Source of the DNA: Spirochaetia bacterium
GTDB taxonomy: Bacteria; Spirochaetota; Spirochaetia; UBA9216
Length of the DNA: 64,000 bases
Direction of reading: 5' to 3'
NCBI GenBank assembly: GCA_965140585.1
Contig: OZ223269.1
Location: 96,001 to 160,000 of the forward strand
The notes under the pieces are model-generated. The model ran no database searches. It was not told the DNA's origin and worked only from the letters and a program-made list of their open reading frames with translations. This document shows, in pieces, positions 60,065 to 64,000 of the stretch. Made by a program: the position numbers and the translations under genes. How positions within the stretch are numbered: position 1 is the stretch's first letter; each line of letters starts with the position of its first letter.

Positions 60065-61156
60065 TTGAATTTTTTAGAACCGAAATTTCTTGAAATACTA
60101 AGAACCCCTGAGATAAAGAATGTGCTGCTTGTCGGTTGCGGTGGAGGCTTTGATTTCATTCACGGGATGTTGCTTTATCCTGCGCTGATGGAGCTGAACA
60201 AGAATGTTGTGATAGGAAGCTATTCATTCGGACTGACTGATAAGATCAATTGTGAAACGGTGAATATTCCCGGTATAAATGACATTGAAATCAAACTTTG
60301 TACAGGCTCAATTATACCGGATCCTCATTATGCTCCCGAGATAAATGTCTGCAGATATCTTGATGCTGTCTACCCGGAAACCTCACACTCTGTCTACGCC
60401 TATTATGCCAGAGACTTTAATGTCGGAAAACTGAAAAGACTGTATGAATATATATGTAAGAAGCATTCCATCGACTGTATTATTGCAATTGATGGAGGTT
60501 CCGATTCTCTGATGACTGGTGATGAAGCCGGTCTTGGAGACGTTATCGAGGATCTTGTATCGGTCACTGCCATATCACTGCTGTCCTGTGATATACCTAA
60601 ACTCCTTTTCACAGTCGGACTGGGAGCTGACAGATTCAACGATGTTTCTGACGCCTCCGCGCTTCGTGCAGTAAGTGAACTGCAGCGGACCGGCGGATAT
60701 CTGGGCTCACTGGGACTTGATAAATCGGCAGCTTCCTTTATTTTTTATAAAAACTGTATTGAGTATATCTATGATAAGCAGACGTTCAGATCCACGGTTG
60801 CAGGCTTTATTCTTGGAAGTATTGAAGGATACTACGGAAATGAAGAGGTTCCTGTATATCTGAACCGTAAATTTAAATCCAAAGATAAGTTTGCCTTCTG
60901 GCCGGTTATGGGATTTCTGTTTGCCTTTGATATTGTGAAAGTAGCAGAACGTTCCCATCTTCCAGAAGTAATCAGAAACTGCTCTTCTGTCCCTCATACC
61001 TGGAAGGCTGTTACCACATTCAGGAAGAGTATCAGCGAAAGAATCCGAATGATAGAAAACCTGCCCCAGTATGAAGATATGCGTGCCGTGGAGCGGTATA
61101 ATTTTACGACCGGTTCACTTGAAGGGGGAGTCTATGACGAACTGCCTGAACTGTGA
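60065..61156 (+). CDS. DUF1152-family protein
   Basis: LVGCGGGFD, PE, IDGGSDSLMTGDEAGLG..ED, GLGAD. Confidence 0.8.
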   Translation: MNFLEPKFLEILRTPEIKNVLLVGCGGGFDFIHGMLLYPALMELNKNVVIGSYSFGLTDKINCETVNIPGINDIEIKLCTGSIIPDPHYAPEINVCRYLDAVYPETSHSVYAYYARDFNVGKLKRLYEYICKKHSIDCIIAIDGGSDSLMTGDEAGLGDVIEDLVSVTAISLLSCDIPKLLFTVGLGADRFNDVSDASALRAVSELQRTGGYLGSLGLDKSAASFIFYKNCIEYIYDKQTFRSTVAGFILGSIEGYYGNEEVPVYLNRKFKSKDKFAFWPVMGFLFAFDIVKVAERSHLPEVIRNCSSVPHTWKAVTTFRKSISERIRMIENLPQYEDMRAVERYNFTTGSLEGGVYDELPEL

Positions 61157-61207
61157 AAAAACTGCATATTTTATTTGAAAAAAATCATATTCAGGTATAA
61201 ACTTATC

Positions 61208-61228
61208 TAAGTGTGAATAACACACTAA
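61208..61228. promoter_or_regulatory. NrtR-type operator overlapping a sigma70 promoter
   Basis: 21-bp near-perfect palindrome TAAGTGTGAATAACACACTAA with a GT-N7-AC core, just 3' of TTGAAA(61175)-17-TAAACT(61198). Confidence 0.75.
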
Positions 61229-61266
61229 GAAGGCCGCTATAACATTATTTAAAAAAGGAGCCTCTA

Positions 61267-62766
61267 TTGAAAACTTTCAGCTATAAAATAATCTGGGAAG
61301 GCGATACGAAATTTCCTGTAAAACAGGTGAGTTTTCAGAAGATCAATTACAGATTTACTCAGGTTCCGGCAGGAGCGGATGTCAGAATCTTCGACGCCCG
61401 CAGATGGGACAAATACTGCGATGCTCAGGATTTCTACCGAAAAATGTCGATCCCGTCACTTGTAATTGTTCCTGATGAGCTTGAGTCTGTATGGCTGCGG
61501 AAACTGCTGCCGGAAGACAGCGTTGTACTTTCCTCATCCTTTGACGAAAACTTTACACTGCATCTAGTAAGATTCTGTATAAACACTCATGCAAGACAGC
61601 GGTCGCTAAAAATGTCGCTTACAGATCCGTTAACAGGACTTCTTCCACGGAGTGAAATTTCAAGACGTCTCAGGTTCGAACTGTTTATGAATGAATCTGA
61701 GAAACCTGTTTCACTTATGATGATGGATATAGATAATTTTAAAATAATCAATGACACCTTCGGTTTTCAAAACGGAGACAGGCTGCTTCGAAGGATTGCT
61801 GGTATTCTCCGGAACTGCATGACCGGTGAAAACGGGATCTGCCGCATGGGCGGTGATGAATTTGCAGTTGTAAGCAGAATGAACAGACAGCAGGCTGCAG
61901 GAGCTGCTGATTTTATCCGTAGAGAGGTTGAGCAGCTTGATATTAAGGATTTAATCTCCGGAGTTGAAATTAAAGGTGATTTTTCTGTTTCAATTAGTAT
62001 TGGAATCTGTGTTGCCGATACACCTATGGACAGTGAGGAGATGTTCAACGAGGCTGACAGCGCCCTGTACATGGCAAAGGGTGCAGGACGCAACAGGGTG
62101 GAAGTTGCCGGCGGAACCGATAATCCTGAATCAGACCCGGCGGATGTTATGATAAAATACTTTGAAAACAGGGTTAAAGTTCTTACAGACAGGCTTACTG
62201 CGGCGCTATCATCCAGCAGCCGGAAGTTCGTTAGCAGTATGGCGCAGCAGGCGGATACCGACGGACTGACAGCTCTCTTTGACCGCGGATATTTCAACCG
62301 CAGGATGAAGCGTGAGTTTGACAGGGCCAGGGAATACAAACATCCTCTATCACTTATCTTTGTTGATATAGATTTCTTCGGTCAGGTCAACAAGACCTAC
62401 GGATGGCCGACCGGTGACCGGGCTCTTCAGCATGTGGCTGAAGTAATTAAGGGCTCTGTCCGTACAGTGGACTGGGTTGCCAGATACGGCGGTGAAGAAA
62501 TGTGTGTTGTACTGCCTGATACAAATGAGGATGAAGCAAATGAGGTCGCCGAGCGTATATGGATAAATGCGGGCGAGGCACAGATTAATGCCTACGACGG
62601 CAGCCGTTTTACAATAACCCTCAGTGTCGGTGTAGCGGAGTTATCGCATAAGGATGATCAGCTTATTGACTTTATTCAGAGAACAAGCGAACGTACTAGA
62701 TGCGCTAAGGAAAACGGCAGAAACCAAATCTGCCAGAAGGACAGGATTACAGATGTACCAGTATAA
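61267..62766 (+). CDS. Diguanylate cyclase with two GGDEF domains
   Basis: Domain 1: DPLTGL...DIDNFK...GGDEF. Domain 2: DGLT...DIDFFG...RTVD-x5-GGEEM. AAGGAG RBS before TTG. Confidence 0.9.
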   Translation: MKTFSYKIIWEGDTKFPVKQVSFQKINYRFTQVPAGADVRIFDARRWDKYCDAQDFYRKMSIPSLVIVPDELESVWLRKLLPEDSVVLSSSFDENFTLHLVRFCINTHARQRSLKMSLTDPLTGLLPRSEISRRLRFELFMNESEKPVSLMMMDIDNFKIINDTFGFQNGDRLLRRIAGILRNCMTGENGICRMGGDEFAVVSRMNRQQAAGAADFIRREVEQLDIKDLISGVEIKGDFSVSISIGICVADTPMDSEEMFNEADSALYMAKGAGRNRVEVAGGTDNPESDPADVMIKYFENRVKVLTDRLTAALSSSSRKFVSSMAQQADTDGLTALFDRGYFNRRMKREFDRAREYKHPLSLIFVDIDFFGQVNKTYGWPTGDRALQHVAEVIKGSVRTVDWVARYGGEEMCVVLPDTNEDEANEVAERIWINAGEAQINAYDGSRFTITLSVGVAELSHKDDQLIDFIQRTSERTRCAKENGRNQICQKDRITDVPV

Positions 62767-63445
62767 ATACCCGCATCCGGCAGTTACAGTAGACTGCGTG
62801 GTTTTCGGACTCGATGATAATGAACTTAAGGTTCTGCTGATAAAAAGGCTTCTTGAACCTTTTAAAGACAGCTGGGTTATTCCCGGAGGATTTGTTGGTA
62901 TTGATGAGGATATCCCTGATGCCGCCAAAAGAGAGCTGCGCGAAGAGACAGGTGTTGAAAACATCTACCTTGAAGAGTTCGGTTCATACGGCAGACCCGG
63001 TAGAGATCCCAGGGAACGGGTGATAACTATTGCTTACTTCGCAATCGTCAATCTTTTCGACCATTCAGTAAAGGCTGATACTGATGCAAGTGAGGCTGCC
63101 TGGTTTCCTGTCTCTCAACTTCCACGAACTGCTTTTGATCACGGACAGATTCTAGCTGATGCTCTTTCAAAGCTTCAGCAGAAGGTAAAGCGTCAGCCTC
63201 TTGTATTTGAGTTTCTTCCGGAAGAGTTTACCCTAAGGCAGGTCCAGCATCTGTATGAACTGATACTCGGGACAGTACTTGACCGCAGGAATTTTCAGAA
63301 GAAGCTTCACAAAACAGGAATGCTTATTCCGCTTGAACGCTTTGAACAGGATGTCTCCCATCGTGCGGCAAGGTTTTACCGTTTTGATTATGAAACCTGG
63401 GAGACCCGTAAAGATGATGGATTTCAGGCGATGACAAATTGTTGA
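62753..63445 (+). CDS. nrtR: NrtR-family Nudix/wHTH transcriptional regulator
   Basis: YPHPAVTVD, Nudix box GGFVGIDEDIPDAAKRELREETG, RDPRERV, FDH, wHTH FTLRQVQHLYE...DRRNFQKK. ATG 62753 overlaps the cyclase 3' end. Confidence 0.88.
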   Translation: MYQYKYPHPAVTVDCVVFGLDDNELKVLLIKRLLEPFKDSWVIPGGFVGIDEDIPDAAKRELREETGVENIYLEEFGSYGRPGRDPRERVITIAYFAIVNLFDHSVKADTDASEAAWFPVSQLPRTAFDHGQILADALSKLQQKVKRQPLVFEFLPEEFTLRQVQHLYELILGTVLDRRNFQKKLHKTGMLIPLERFEQDVSHRAARFYRFDYETWETRKDDGFQAMTNC

Positions 63446-63452
63446 AGTATGT

Positions 63453-63695
63453 ATGACTACTGATGATATAAAAATCCAGATATTCGGGCAGGATGAGCTG
63501 GTTAAGCATCTGTGACAGGGGAAATCTGTGTATTCCCACTGTATATCGATCACCAACCCTGAATGCAGGTCTCCCGGTGACCCGTGCTGCAGGACGCCGC
63601 CGGCTTTCTGATAGGCATCCGGCGTAATGCCATGCCGCTGAAAAGATCCGTTCTTCTGTTTGATGAGGTGCCGGGCTCAAATCCTTCCGAATTAT
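63453..63695 (+). pseudogene. Decayed protein-tyrosine-phosphatase-like gene
   Basis: MTTDDIKIQIFGQDELVKHL*QGKSVYSHCISITNP..., then in another frame IRRNAMPLKRSVLLFDEVPGSN. These resemble the N- and C-termini of small predicted PTPs. The CX5R core is absent. Confidence 0.45.
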
Positions 63696-63756
63696 AAAAA
63701 TACAATGTTTCGGGAAATGATGAAGGCAATGAGAGCAGAAATGTAATCCGGTTCAT

Positions 63757-63791
63757 TAAAAAAGGCTGCTCCGGAAATTCGGAAGCAGCCT
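63757..63791 (-). terminator. Intrinsic terminator for the convergent gene at window end
   Basis: AGGCTGCT..CCG/CGG..AGCAGCCT hairpin with an A-tract on its left (U-tract on the minus strand). Confidence 0.7.
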
Positions 63792-63816
63792 GTAATGTAA
63801 TCTATTGAAATATTAA

Positions 63817-63999
63817 TCAGTCTGCTGCTGTGAAAACAGTCTCATTCCCGTCAGAATCGGTAAAGGTTATGGCGTCATAAATAACAAGATATTTGCCTTT
63901 CTCCACTGTTAATTCTGAAGTATTTCCTTCAGACGGGAAAAGAGCGAGTGACAGCCATGCTGCATTAATCTGAATTTCAGTCAGAGCTGTCTGAACAAG
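63817..63999 (-). CDS. 3' end of a hypothetical protein (truncated by window edge)
   Basis: Open frame LVQTALTEIQINAAWLSL...NETVFTAAD* running off the window end. Confidence 0.55.
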   Translation of the reverse strand, partial: LVQTALTEIQINAAWLSLALFPSEGNTSELTVEKGKYLVIYDAITFTDSDGNETVFTAAD

Positions 64000-64000
64000 A

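Noticed and set aside
1757-63515. Stop-codon reassignment, selenocysteine or pyrrolysine readthrough to explain the in-frame stops
   Set aside because: All three stop types occur, most of the affected genes also have frameshifts or deletions, and intact genes end in TAA, TAG and TGA normally.

Overview
A 64 kb chromosomal window from what looks like a free-living, anaerobic spirochaete. This taxonomy is inferred from the protein families present, not from a database search. Housekeeping genes (DEAD-box helicase, hflKC, metG, femAB-like, murD, bS22, ferredoxin, pyk, leuB, hcp with a probable HcpR, and a complete sigma54-dependent atoSC-atoEBDA cluster) alternate with accessory blocks. The block at about 5.7-20.9 kb holds a type I R-M system with an inserted RhuM-Fic gene, an SPS-1-like (His116Gly) subclass B1 metallo-beta-lactamase coupled to hsdM, a yjdF riboswitch with its gene, detoxification enzymes and an ECF sigma factor fused to a FliG C-terminal domain. 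The best candidate for an undescribed system is at about 58-63.7 kb: an HDAC-like deacylase, an ADP-ribosylglycohydrolase and DUF1152, followed by a tandem-GGDEF cyclase and nrtR under a near-perfect NrtR-type operator, and a decayed phosphatase-like gene. Also present are an ldcC-like structured leader before a carboxy(nor)spermidine dehydrogenase-like gene, a stack of seven hairpins after hflC, several apparently leaderless genes and five pseudogenes, including two divergent chemoreceptors. No CRISPR array, rRNA, tRNA, integrase or transposase was seen.
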